Source of the DNA: Harriotta raleighana
Lineage: Eukaryota
DNA: 64,000 nt
Direction of reading: 5' to 3'
Assembly: GCA_050575255.1 (NCBI GenBank)
Contig: JBNZDD010013629.1
Span: 2,889,059-2,953,058, forward strand
Each line of letters opens with the position of its first letter. The stretch's first letter is position 1. A program made the position numbers and the translations under genes. The notes below the pieces were generated by a model. That model was not told the DNA's origin. It saw only the letters and a program-made list of their open reading frames with translations, and did not search any database. This document shows positions 26,601 to 38,272 of this stretch, one piece after another.

Positions 26601-29600
26601 AATTACCCTCCAGTACCCTTCACACAGCAGGCACCCAGGCATTCCCAGGACTCTCAGCTGGCCTACCTCTTTATTTACTACAGACAGTCCATGCGCAAAT
26701 CTCTCCCGGGTTTATAAAGCTTTGACAACCTGCTGTTTAGTTTTCTATTTATAATCTTGATCTTGGTTTTGTACACTCTCTCGCTGCTCTTCCTGTGCGT
26801 GTGTGTTTTTCTCTGCTTTATCTCTCTCATACTTGTGCAGTCGTGCACATTTCCTCTTGTGGATGTTTTCAAGCACAAGTTGACCATATATTTTCCAAAA
26901 TATATTATGATCTAAAGGGAGACTTTTTTTCTGTTAATGATGAGGAATTAATTTTTTCATATACAAACTGCTTCCTGGAAACGTTTCTTCCCATTCATTT
27001 TGAGAATACTGTGTTGGGAGATTATTTAAATACAGGAGCACGTGAAAGGCTCTTTACAAGTGTAATTTCATTGTTGTTGTTGAAACCACTTGAAGTTGCT
27101 CCAAGTTACATCAATAACTTGGCTCGAAGCCAGGATCAAACCTGTAACTGTAGCCACTGATCCATCACTTGTCAACTGAGATTCCATGAGGGACGATGCA
27201 ACAGGCCAAGCAAAGCTAATACCCTAATATTCCCTCCCCACCCCTTTCACAGTCCATTTCACACCATTCCAAACACCAATCTGTATATTACACGTTTTCA
27301 AATTGTCCAGTAAGATCATTCATCCCATGTTCTCCAGTAGGCTCTGTGATCATATCAGCCCCACCCTTGTCTGACTGCACTAGCTTCCCATCACACAGAA
27401 GATACAATTCAAGACTCGGGTCCTCACCTTCAAAATCCTCTATGGCCTTACCCCTCACCCCCGCCTCTCCCAGCCTTGCCTCCTTCAAGACCCACCTCAA
27501 AGCCCGGATCCCGACCCCAGCTCAGGTCTGAAACACCAACTATCCAACGCCTTAAGACCTACTCCCGACATTAAAGGTGCTTTACAAATATAATTTTGTT
27601 GTTGTTGGTCACTTCAATCCACAACTGTTTGTGGGACACTGCTGTGTGCAATTGGCTGCCACATTTCACCCACAAATATATAGTCAATTTACTTTAGAGT
27701 ATATTCTGTGAAGCGCTTTGAGATGTTAAAAGTGAAAAGTGTTATATCAAATGGAAGGATTATTGTTATAATATAGTGAGAAGGAGCATGTGGGTAGGGA
27801 TTTCGCTCTTGGGGGAAATGAGAGAGGAAACTTTAGTGAATAATTCTAACTTAGGTGGTGTGGGGTTGGGGAATGGGGAGATCTGAGGCTGGAGGTGAGA
27901 GAAGGAAGTTTTTCTTTGTACCTTGTCTGCAAGCGAGAGGAAACAATCTCACTAGTGTTTAGTTACAATGTGCTCTGATAGTCCAGCAACTTTTAATCAG
28001 TGCACTTAACATATTGCAGAAATAATAACCTGAATATGAGCTCAGAATTGTGGACATTCTGCAAAAACGACAGGAGTTAGTAAAAACACAAATCCGTGAG
28101 CGTGTCTGGAGTGTTTAACAAATCGCTAAAGAGGAGCGGGGGCAGTGACATTCCATTTGATATTGCTTCTTGTCACAATCGAAAAGTGAGACGACTATTG
28201 CAGAAAGTCGCTGGACAGCCCAGTCTTTGCTGACCACTGTATGTACAGAGTGGTATATGGAGTAGCCTGGTGTGGGGGAGGCACTAAGACATCCCTTTAG
28301 GAGGGAAATACTGATGTTACAGTTTCCTCTACGTAATTATTTAGACCTGTGTCACCCATAGTTTTACTCTGGTTAATGGAGAAATAAAATGGGTTTCCCC
28401 AAGTTGCTTCCAGTCATACAGTGTGGGAGTCTCTCTCCTACAGTCACATATCATTGCTGGATTTAATGTTTTTTGTTAATGATGAGAATAAGTCACCAGG
28501 ATTGTCTGCCACGGCGGCTGCAGCCCACTCATTTTACTGCTCCTGAGGCTGGAGGGACATAGTCCATTATTCAGTATGTTCTTACACCCCGCCCTCCCGT
28601 CATCCACCCCACCCACACAACACAGCCATGATTGGTGGATGTTTACTGTGCTCAACTCAAGGCCTTTGCAGTCAGGTCATTTCAACGTCACTATCTTACC
28701 CCCTCTGCCCTCCCTCACATCCCTCCTGTAGCTCCCACCTTGATGTTGTTTACAAGCTACTATTTTTTGACCTCATCAAATCATTCTGTCACTGTGAAAG
28801 AATTTCCCTTTTCCCTTTGCAGCGATTGTAAGTTTCATATTTTCAGTGGATTGATGACAGGGTAAAGGGCGCCAGCCCAGCTTTGTTTATCAGTTTCTGT
28901 TTCTCTTGCGCAGGTTCCCTGACAATAGCTCGAAGGTGAAGCACGAGGGGGAAAGCCGGACGCCACCCACTCCCAACCCAATGCACTCGGACACAAAGCT
29001 GGGCACCCAGGGCAAGTCCATCAGCACCAGCACCCAGCCTGCAGCTGGCACCCAAGGGACACTGTGTGGCGTGGCGTCAAAGGCCACATCCACCACCGGA
29101 CAGGGTGGCAAAGCCAATCAGATCTCTCCTGGAAACACGGGGCTAAAGGGCAGTCAGATCCCGGCATCGGGTCTCGGCGCGTTGAAGGGGAAAGTCAAAC
29201 GAGAGAGGAGCGTCTCTGTAGATTCCAACCCACGGGAGACGGCTTTGCCAGCGGTAGATCCAGAATCTAAAGGTACGGTTTGATAAAGTGATGATCAATA
29301 CCTGAGGCCGTTTCCACCTGGACACGGTGACACCGGCACCTGTTTGACCTCTAATCCGGTGGGCACCCATTCACACAAAATCCTAAATTACCCTGTTAGT
29401 TCCAGGAAAGGAGCAAGTTAATGTTTTATTTCTGAAAGTAAGAAAAGGTGAGTCTATAGTGGTATTTAACCACAAGTCTGTCACTTTCCTGTCATAAATA
29501 TCTTGATTGTGTATGTGTGTGTGTCTCTCTCCACACATCCTATCATTGCAGCATTGGTTGTGCATCATTCTCAGTGTGACAGTGACGCACAAACTGCAAA

Positions 29601-32600
29601 CAATGTTTCACAGATGGAATGTTCAGAGATAGAGGTGTGTGCACAGGTATTCGGGGGGAGAATGATTTAGACTATCAAACAACTGGGAGATCCTCCTGCT
29701 GTGTGGAACTGTTCTTCAGCACGAGCCAGTGTTTCAACAAAAACATCTCTGTTTTTGGCGGTTATTGATGTTATGTTTTTGTTATGGATCTGTGGCAGCA
29801 ATAATCCATTATCACATCTTCGAGATGTCTCAATGCACTTCAGGATATAATTGTAAAGTGAATTGACTATACATTTTGTGAGCAAAAGGCGGCAGCTAAT
29901 TGCTCACAGAAGTGTCCCACAAACAATGCTTGCTTGGTCCTGCTGTAGCCTCTAGTTTTCTTTCTATGATTCCTAGAAGCATGGAGCCAATTCCCTGGAT
30001 CAACCTCAGTCAGTGTCTCAGCGGTTGTCAGGACCTATCAGATCGGGTTAGTCTCACTCAGAGCTGCTGCGGATGTGAACTGTGTGACGAAGAATGGATT
30101 TGGTTCAGTGTTTTGCTCTTTCTTACCTTTTGTCGAGTAGATTGGTGGAGTACAATGACTTGACACAGTGCTGACAATCCTGTGTTGTGTTTGTGCCACA
30201 GCAGACGGAGCCCCTCGCAGCAAACGCCGTTGTGTGCTGGAGCGCAAGCAGCCGTACAGCGGTGACGAGTGGTACTCTGGCCCTGACAGTGAGGAAGAGG
30301 AGAAGCCTCGCCACGCCCCACAGAGTGAGACCATCTTCCCGTTCCGCTACAGCGATCGGTCACAGAAAGGTCACTTCACCAAAAGTTGCTGCATTTTTTT
30401 GTTAATTTCTCGTTCTGAATCTCGGTCAGTAGTCCTCAGGCAAGCCACCTCGGCCTGGGGTCTGGGCTGTGCTCAGTCGCCGGGGTCAGGTCTGTGCTTG
30501 CGATCTGGAGTGTTGTGTGCATTGGGATGACTGCTGGACAGATCATTGCCAAACATGTCTGGGTTTCAGTATATTAAATTGACCTCTCATTCATTTGTCC
30601 TATTGCAAAATTTCACTTAAGTTTAGTCTCACAGACTTGTATATCAAGAGAATTGTGGAAAGGTTGTAAAAATTTCAATTTTAATTTGTAAGCTGTTTTT
30701 CCCATTGTTTACATATTTTTAAAAAAGCTTAGCCTTGGATTGAATAATTCTTCAAAATTCTGCACAATCTTAATCGTACCACACAATTGACTTGCAGACT
30801 GCACCTATCCAGTAACCCCCAGATAACCACCTTTTAAATTAGCCCCTCATTATAACAATAATCCTTGCATTTGATATAGCGCTTTTCACGTCTTCCAGAT
30901 ATCTCAAAGCACTTCACAGAATGTACTATAAAATGAATTGACTGTATATTTTTGGCGGCAGTCAATTGCGCACAGCAGTGTCCCACAAACAGCCATAGAT
31001 TAAAATGACCAATTTTCTTATGTTTTTTTGGAGGGATTATTATTAGGCATGTGGAGTAAGGAAACTTGCCCAAGGTTTCGCCCTGACCTGCCTGGATTCG
31101 AAGATAGGTCTCAAGCTTGAAAGGCAAATGTTCTAACCACTGAGCTACAGGAGCTCCACTGTAGGGGATAGAAAACGAGCATGGAATGGGGAGCCCTGTA
31201 GCACCCCCTGGTGTCGCTGGTGTGCAACACCCCAAAACTGCGCCATCTTCTGGGCAAATTAACACTCACTCTGAAATATTCTGGTTTCCCCCTTGGGATG
31301 CTTGCTCGCTTTGCACCCTGTTGCTCTGTGGCTCCAGTATGTAAAGTGATTTTTCTGATTTTTAAAAAATCCATTAAGTTGTTTGCAATAACTTATGAGG
31401 TTCTGCAGCTCAGTGGTTAGAGCACTCACCTTACAAGCAAGAGACCTAGGTTCAATTCCAGGCAGGGTGAAACCTTGTTCAAGTTTCCTTACTCCACAAA
31501 CTACACAATTCACTTTACAGTATATTCTGTGAACCACTTTGAGATGTCTAGAACAAATCCAAGGATTATTATTATTATTTTTATTCATAATAGATCTCCA
31601 TGCTTTCAGAGAATTTCATGGAGATTCCGAATTACGTGTTTCAAAGTATTGCTGAGGCGGAGGTGGAGAGCGAGTTTGGGTGGGGTTTTTTTTAACTTGC
31701 TTTTCCTCCCATTTCCTCTCGAAGTCCGCATGAAGCTTGTCCCCAATCAGGGAACAACTCAGGCCCACAGCTGGTTTGAACACAGCCACAAATATGAGGA
31801 CTGGCCAGTTGGTGTCAGGGTGCCCATATTATTGTCCAATAACTCCCCAAGAGAGCAGAGAGATGAAAGAGTATGTGGGATGGGGGAGATTCCTGAGTAT
31901 TTATATTGGGAGCAGAGCTGTGGATCTCGTCATTAAAGGATTTTCACCCAGAGTAATTTCAGCCTGAAGAGGGCTGGATAGTGTGTGGAGGCAGGGAATA
32001 GCGCCCCCTCTCCGTGAGATTGTTTCCCCTCAGACTGGCTGGGTTGACATGGGAAGCAATAAAGGCTGTTCTTATTTTGTTTGCAGATTGTAATGCTGGG
32101 GATGCTTCCTTGTCAGTGACTACACAGCCAGGTCCTGGATCAAACCCCCTCCCCAAAATCAGCGAGAACTCCTCTTCCAGTGTTTCCCACAAGCCGCCTG
32201 GGGGGCCGGGGCTGCGGCCAGACAGCAAACCCAGCACCGCGGGCAAGCCACCCTCCCAGTTTGTTTACGTCTTCACAACCAATCTCGCCAACATGTGAGT
32301 ACATAGTGTGTGGTCAGCCCTGGGCACACTGCTCAGGGTTCACTCTTCAGTCCTTTAACTTTGGAAAGAGTTCAATGCCAGATGAAAGATGCCTTTCAAA
32401 TCTCCTGGGCTTTCACGTGGAAGGCGCTTTACGTCTGTCATTTTGTTTTTGCTTTTGTCATTTTATTGTTGAATGAACCTATCCACTTTTTGAGTGTCCT
32501 GAGATTTTAAAGCCATGATGACATTACGCTCCTGATCACAGCGGGAAGTGGAGCTACAGTGGTTACCAAAGTGGTCGCTGCAGTATTCGTGGGTGGAGTG

Positions 32601-35600
32601 AGGGCATGGGTGTACCTACGATGCAGGAGAATTTGCAATACTGCATCAGTGACTCGGGATAGTCAGAATGAACATCTCCTGCCAGTTGGTTAGGGAGCTG
32701 CAGTGATAGAAAAAAGTAAAGTGAAATTTGGAAGCAGAACTAGTTGTGATTTAGGGTGGGGAGGGGGGGGTGGAAGAATGGAAACAGATGAGTCAGTTGC
32801 TGATTGTCGTTTGTGTTTGTTTGTAGGGCGGCCGAGGCTGTGATCCATGGCCGAGCGGAGTCCATTGTTGCCTACCACACGCACAATGTGCCGCGCACCA
32901 AGCTGGACCACGTGTATGACCCAAAGGTTAGTCATGGAGTTTTATCACTTCATTTTCCGTAAAGTCAGGTGAATTTTGTTGTGACAAAATTCTTAACAGT
33001 ATTTGAACAAGAGAACTTTCCTAATTTCCTTCATTTCATACAACTAAAGAAATAACCAAACTTTTATGGTGATAGATGATTTATCAATTTAGAATACCTT
33101 ACCATGCTGGGGGCTGATAGTTGAGGGTTGCTGGCTGGGGCTAATAAGGCTGGGCAAGGCTGAGGGCTGGGGATTGAGCTAGGCTTGGTTAGCTTGAGTA
33201 CTAGGGTGGAGACTGGGGGCTGGGCTGAGGTCTGGGGGCTGAGGGTTGAGCTGGAGGGCTGGGGGCTGAGGTTTGGGCTGATGGTTGAGGGCTGGGTTGA
33301 CGGTTGAAGGCAGCACTGAGGGCTGGTGACTGAGCTGAACAGGGCGGGGGAGATTAGTTGCCAACACAATTTCCCATTCCCCTTTTCCAGCAGTCACAGG
33401 ATTAGTGAACAATTTATTTCCTCCTTTCACTAACAGGTGTCCTGCCCACCTCAGAAAGGAGTGGGGCCACAGGAGCAGCTGTCGATCAGTACCTCAGCTA
33501 GTGCTCCCCATTCCCAGCAACCAGGACTGCAGTCCCCAAGCCTGCTGACCCAGGAGGACATGCACTCGGAGATCAACGTCAAAGCCATGGAGACCAGTGG
33601 CACAGTAGTTGGTGTGATGCAGGGAGATGCAGGGAATGTGCTTGGTGTGAACATGGTGTTTGTGAGTGGAGATGGTTCCAATGGGACTCTCCCACCGGGG
33701 ATGAGTCTCCGTGCTCACATGGCTGCACAGGGGTTGTCCAAAGAGCAGTTAGAGCACAGGGAGCGGTCACTGCAAACGCTCAGGGACATTGAGAGGTTAC
33801 TGCTCAGGAGCACTGAGACTGACTTTGCCTTGAAAGGCACGTATCCTCCCAACAGACAGGGGGATGGTTCGGGGCTGAAGAAGCCGGAGGAGCCTCTGCA
33901 GTCTATGATTGCCCAGGCTCAGAATCTGGGAGTAGTTGGAGGCCCCAATGCAGAGCACGATCCAATGCACCACCCAGACTTGTTGCATGACCCAATGGCA
34001 CAAGCCGCTATGATGATGAATCCAATTAACCCTGACAATCCTACTCCAGAGCAGATGGCTTGGAGGAAGCTCCAGGAAGATTTCTACGAAGAGAAAAGGA
34101 GAAAACAGGAACAGGCTGTGGTCCATCAGAGAACGATGCAGGAAATGTTGATGCAGAGGCCAATGGCAATGGTACGAGGGCCTCCTCCTCCTTATCACAG
34201 CAAGACTGGAGAACAGTGGCCACCGGCTGTGGGAAGTCGCTTTGCTGGCCCAATCCAGGTTTCAGAATCCATGCAGTCCAGAGGGAAGCCACCTTTCCCA
34301 GGGCCGAGGTTCCCTGGCAACCAGATGCAGAGGGTAGTTGGTTATGGGGGGATGCAGAATATCCCAATGGATGCTCTGGCATCTTTGAATCCAATGCAGC
34401 GCCCTGTCCGTCCAGGAATGACTTGGCCAGATGAGATGTCACCAATGGGAGGCGGTGGGAATTTCCCTCAGGGCGGTATGCCTTACCCTCCCGGCCAGGG
34501 GGATCCTGAAAGGTTTATGAATCCAAGAGTAAGGGAAGAATTGTTGAGGCAGCAGTTAATGGAGAAGAGGTCACTAGGGATGCAACGGGCTCTGGGGATG
34601 TCAAATGCTAACAGCATGGAGATGGAACAAATGATTCAGAGACAAATGGACGCTGCAGTGATGCCAAATATGTTTCCTGGCCAAATGCCCGGAGACAATC
34701 TGAGTGGAAACTCAATGGGGTTGGACTTTGTGGCTTCCAGGGGTATGTTGAGTCCACCCCTGGGACAGGCCGGACCCATGCGTGATATGGACACATCGAT
34801 GGGGCCGAGCCATGTCAATATGAACATGAATGTAAATATGAACATGAATCTGAATGTCCAGATGACGCCACAGCAGCAAATGATGATGTCACAAAAGCTG
34901 AGGGCGCAGGAAATGATGAGTCACCAGGGTTTGACCCCAGAGGAGCTGGCGAGGGTCAGGGCACAGAACGGAGGGGGCCTGATGGGGGATCCTCAGAAAA
35001 TGATGATGCAATCGCAATTCCCAAACCATGAACAATCGGGGTTTCATCCGGGGCAGGGACAATATTCCAACATGTCTCAGGAAGTGAACAATGTGGGAAA
35101 TCATGGAGAGATGTTCAGTCCTGAGCAATGCCCAATGCCGATGGGAGGTATGGCTGGCACTGGCCGACTCAGCCACATGCAGATGCCTCCAGCATCAGGG
35201 CAGCCCGCGAGCCACGGGAATTTGCTTCAAGGACCGCAACGGGGGCCGGGTCGCAGGCCGTCCGACCTCACCATAAACATCAACCAAATGGGCTCTCCTG
35301 GCATGAGTCACCTCAAGTCTCCCACCATCAGCCAGGTTCATTCTCCTCTGGTCAGCTCGCCTTCTGCCAACTTAAAGTCCCCACAAACACCGTCACAGCT
35401 GGTGAACATGTCGTCAGCCAACTCTTCCGGCCCCATCAAGTCTCCTCAAGTCTTGAGCTCCGCCCTCCCTGTCCGCTCTCCCACCAGTTCTCCGAGTCGA
35501 TTAAAGTCTCCATCAATGCCTGTTGGCTCACCGGGGTGGGTTTCCTCCCCCAAGACCACTCTCCCAAGCCCAGTCATGAATCCAGGCAAACAGACGATTG

Positions 35601-38272
35601 CGATGAATCCTGCTCACATGGGGAGCATTGAGCAAGGTGAGACTAATATTTTCTGTTTTTCTGTATCACTGAACAACCCTGATTTGTTTGATGCTCGTGG
35701 TTGGGATTGACATGATTCAATTCTGTTTGCAAATTTTACATAGGAATAAGGAACAGGAGTAGGCCATTCTGGCCCTCAAGCCTGCCCTGCCATTCAATAA
35801 GATCATGGCTGATCTTCTAATCTAACTCCATCTGCCCCCATATCCCTTAACCAATAATAAATCTATCAATCTCAGTCTTGAATATGTGCAAGGACTGAGC
35901 ATCTACAGCCTTTTGGGTTAGAGAACTCCAAGGAAACAGATAGTAGGGAGGACGAGCGTACTCATTGCCATTTCTCTTCTGCCTACCCTGAAGAAGTTTT
36001 GCTTTTCTTTTTGACATGACTTTCGTTCCTCCCTTCTACCCTGCTCTCCCTCCCTACTATCTGTTTCTTTGTCCTGCCCCCCCCTCTCTAACTTGTCCTT
36101 AAAAACCTCTCCCTCCCAACATGCCCCAGTTCTGACGAAGGGTCGTGGACCCGAAACTTGACTCACTTTACTTTCTTCATAGATGCTGCTTGATCTGCTG
36201 AGAGTTCTCAGCTCTCTGTTTTGTTTCAGATTTCTAGCATCCACAGTATTTTGTGTTTTGTTCCAGACCTTCCTTGTGCTCACTTCCAACTCAAGTGATG
36301 AAGTGGTGAGAGCTAACCAGATCACCTAGTCTCGAAGTTTCCTATAAGACTTATAGACTGATAAACCTCTTGCTGTCAGTGCTGGAGTGAATCTAACCGA
36401 GTATTTAAAAAAATAAAAAAAACTTCTCTTTGTTTTCTAGGCTCTATTCCCTCGAGCATGCGGGGTAATCCCACAACACCCAATATGGGGGGCAAGGGGA
36501 TGAACCCCAGTATGCCTTACACTGCCTCACCAGACCCCACCCCTTCCCAAAACCCCCTGACCCTCATGATGTCGCAGATGTCCAAGTATGCCATGCCTAG
36601 CTCCACACCGCTCTACCACGATGCCATCAAAACCATTGCCACCTCCGATGATGAGATGATGCCAGAGAGGACAGTGGCCATGATGTCCTCCACAGGTGTG
36701 CCCCATCACTGGCTGCAGGAGGGGAGTCGGGGGGTGGGGGGGGCAATAAACGCAATTGTGGAGAACTCCGGGTGGCGGAGGGTTGCAGTCCTGACCACAT
36801 CTTGTGGAATCGTATGGCTCAATGGTTAGAGCACTTGCCTCATTGATTTCTGCGCAGAGCAAAATATTGGGGAATTTCCTTACTCCACACAATATTTACC
36901 TAATAGTCAGTAGGTATCCAGTTGCTGGTTGATTGGCGGGTTGCTTTCTGAAGAGAGAGAGATAATACTTATTTGGTCACTCAATCCATGACTGTTTGTG
37001 GGACAATGCTGTGTGTAATTAGCATCTGCGTTTCACCCACAAAATATATAGTCAATGCACTGTCTTAGGAGCTCCAGGACTCTGCCCTGCGTGAAGGGCG
37101 CTCTACATATGCACGTTGTTGGTATATACTCTGTGAAGTGTTTTGAGATGATTCAAAGCTCTGATGATGCGTGATATCAAACACAAGGATTAATTATTAT
37201 TATCTTTATTTCCCTAGGCCCTCAGAATCCTCCAAACCCCCCTCTCCACCTGCAGCCCCAGAGTGCGGTGGGGCCTGGGTCCGCTCATAGCCCCATGGGG
37301 ATGAGTGTGGTGTCGGGGCAGCACCCCCTCTCCCACGAGCCTCCAGCCTCCATGGTCCCATCCCCCAGCCTGCACGAGGGGGTGCAGAACCCCTTGGAGC
37401 TGGGGCCAGGGTGCGGCCCTCTGCCCAGCGGGGGCCAGATGCTACCTCAGAATTCCATGTCTCTCCAGCGGCTGCAGCAGGTCCACAACACCCTGCAGTC
37501 CCCAAACCCCGGGATGCGGATGGGCCTGGGGGGCGGGGGACTGTACGATGACGGCGGGCCAGCGCCCCCCGGGGGACCAGAGCCGCCACAGCAGCACATG
37601 ATGAGTAAAAGTGTGGACGGCTACCCTTCAGTGCTCCCCGGGGTGGCTTCCGTGCTGAACGATCCGGAACTCCAGGATGTGATCCGTCCGTCTCCCAGCG
37701 GCATCCCGGAGTTCAACCTCTCTCGCATCATTCCGTCCGAGAGACCGAGCAGCACCCTGCAGTACTTCCCCAAGAGCGACTCCGCACAGCTGGTCAAATC
37801 ACACACTTCCAACCCGCACCTCATGAACCTTCAGAGCATGATGGTGGAGCAGGCGGCCGGGCGGCTGTGTGTAGGCCCGCCTGGCATGTCTGGGCAGCAG
37901 GTTGCACAAAGAGGCCTCAACATGCATATGTGCCACGTTGGACAGGTACCCGGGCCCTTGATTGGCAGGACAGGCATGCCAGCCCAGCAGGGTATGATGG
38001 GCAGCGGGCTACACCAGGGCATCATGTCTCAGCAGCAGAACGTGTTAAACCAACAAAACCTGATGCTGATGCAAGCCAAACAGAGGAGCCTGTCGGTTTC
38101 GGGCGACATGTACGGACAGCCGGGGCACATGTTGCCCCCCCAGGTGGGCGTGCTCGGACCCTCACCCCACATGATGCTGCCCCAGCAGGTGCTCAGGCAG
38201 AGGAGCATGTCGCTGGACACGCCCATGAACTATATCACGGGAAACGCTAATCTCGCTAACCTGCCATTCTAG
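22173..38272 (+). CDS. BCL9L: B-cell CLL/lymphoma 9-like protein, Wnt/beta-catenin co-activator. Join 22173-22477, 28914-29272, 30205-30324, 32087-32294, 32827-32926, 33437-35636, 36441-36695, 37218-38272 (4602 nt, about 1533 aa)
   Basis: HD1 (PPSQFVYVFTTNLANMAAEAVIHGRAESIVAYH), HD2 (LSKEQLEHRERSLQTLRDIERLLLRS), HD3 (TPEQMAWRKLQEDFYEEKRRKQEQ), PRSKRRC NLS, NMNMNVNMNMNLNVQM motif and C-terminal ANLPF*. All introns are GT-AG with matching phases. Synteny with CXCR5 and DDX6. Confidence 0.93.
23548..23625. repeat. (TA)n/(TG)n microsatellite
   Basis: Directly visible dinucleotide runs. Confidence 0.95.
25075..25263 (+). mobile_element. L2 3' end
   Basis: cagcgtcttgggacgtccttacgatgtgaaaggcactctataaatgtaatttt(gtt)n tail. 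Confidence 0.75.
27315..27770 (+). mobile_element. L2 3' fragment followed directly by the 3' half of a SINE
   Basis: L2 tail ends at about 27606, then the SINE central domain and tail run to about 27770. Confidence 0.75.
28914..29272 (+). CDS. BCL9L: BCL9L coding exon (MHSDTKL...KGKVKRERSVSVDS...ESK)
   Basis: Acceptor cttgcgcag|, donor AAG|gtacgg. KANQISP and LKGKVKRERSVSVDS match BCL9L. Confidence 0.93.
29800..29926 (-). mobile_element. SINE 3' half (inverted)
   Basis: Reverse complement of the family body and tail. Confidence 0.7.
30205..30324 (+). CDS. BCL9L: BCL9L coding exon (APRSKRRCVLERKQPYSGDEW). Tandem CAGCAG acceptor also allows a start at 30202
   Basis: Highly conserved BCL9L peptide, donor A|gtgaga. 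Confidence 0.95.
30853..31160 (-). mobile_element. tRNA-derived Deu-domain SINE (inverted, near full length)
   Basis: ctaaccactgagctacagga head on the minus strand, with body and tail present. Confidence 0.88.
31398..31580 (+). mobile_element. Internally deleted SINE
   Basis: Head gcagctcagtggttagagcactcaccttacaagc and (TTA)n tail. Confidence 0.8.
32087..32294 (+). CDS. BCL9L: BCL9L coding exon (start of HD1)
   Basis: Acceptor tttgcag|, GKPPSQFVYVFTTNLAN, donor AT|gtgagt. Confidence 0.95.
32827..32926 (+). CDS. BCL9L: BCL9L coding exon (end of HD1). Alternative in-frame donor at 32911
   Basis: Acceptor ttgtag|, AAEAVIHGRAESIVAYHTHNVPRTKLDH, donor AAG|gttagt. Confidence 0.9.
33105..33352 (+). 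repeat. G-rich degenerate (GGGCT/GAGCT)n intronic repeat
   Basis: Repeated gggctg, gctgag and gggttg units with strong G skew. Confidence 0.75.
33437..35636 (+). CDS. BCL9L: BCL9L large exon (HD2, HD3, PPPY, Met/Pro/Gly-rich and SP-rich regions)
   Basis: 2200-nt open frame, acceptor taacag|, donor CAAG|gtgaga. Confidence 0.97.
35738..35935 (-). mobile_element. CR1-type LINE 3' tail fragment
   Basis: acataggaataaggaacaggagtaggccattc... is a typical reverse-complemented CR1 3' end. Confidence 0.65.
36040..36262 (+). mobile_element. Penelope-like element terminal-repeat relic with a degenerate hammerhead core
   Basis: cagttCTGACGAagggtcgtggacccGAAAc followed by catagatgctgcttgatctgctgag. Second copy at about 59655-59780. 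Confidence 0.6.
36441..36695 (+). CDS. BCL9L: BCL9L coding exon (SQNPLTLMMSQMSKYAMPSSTPLYHDAIKTIATSDDE)
   Basis: Acceptor ttttctag|, conserved BCL9-family C-terminal homology block, donor CAG|gtgtgc. Confidence 0.94.
36803..37203 (+). mobile_element. SINE with an internal retroposon-tail insertion, filling most of the last BCL9L intron
   Basis: Head gtatggctcaatggttagagcacttgcc, Deu-like body, tail aaggattaattattatt. Confidence 0.8.
37218..38272 (+). CDS. BCL9L: BCL9L last coding exon
   Basis: Acceptor ttccctag|, VASVLNDPELQDVIRPSPSGIPEFNLSRIIPSERPSSTLQYFP, ends ANLPF-TAG. Confidence 0.95.

Noticed and set aside
33105-33352. Resemblance to an immunoglobulin switch region (GAGCT/GGGCT pentamers)
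   Set aside because: Only about 250 bp, inside a BCL9L intron, with no Ig genes nearby. Treated as a low-complexity repeat.
33451-38250. Many alternative-frame and antisense ORFs overlapping BCL9L exons
   Set aside because: Expected by-products of GC-rich coding sequence, with no independent evidence.
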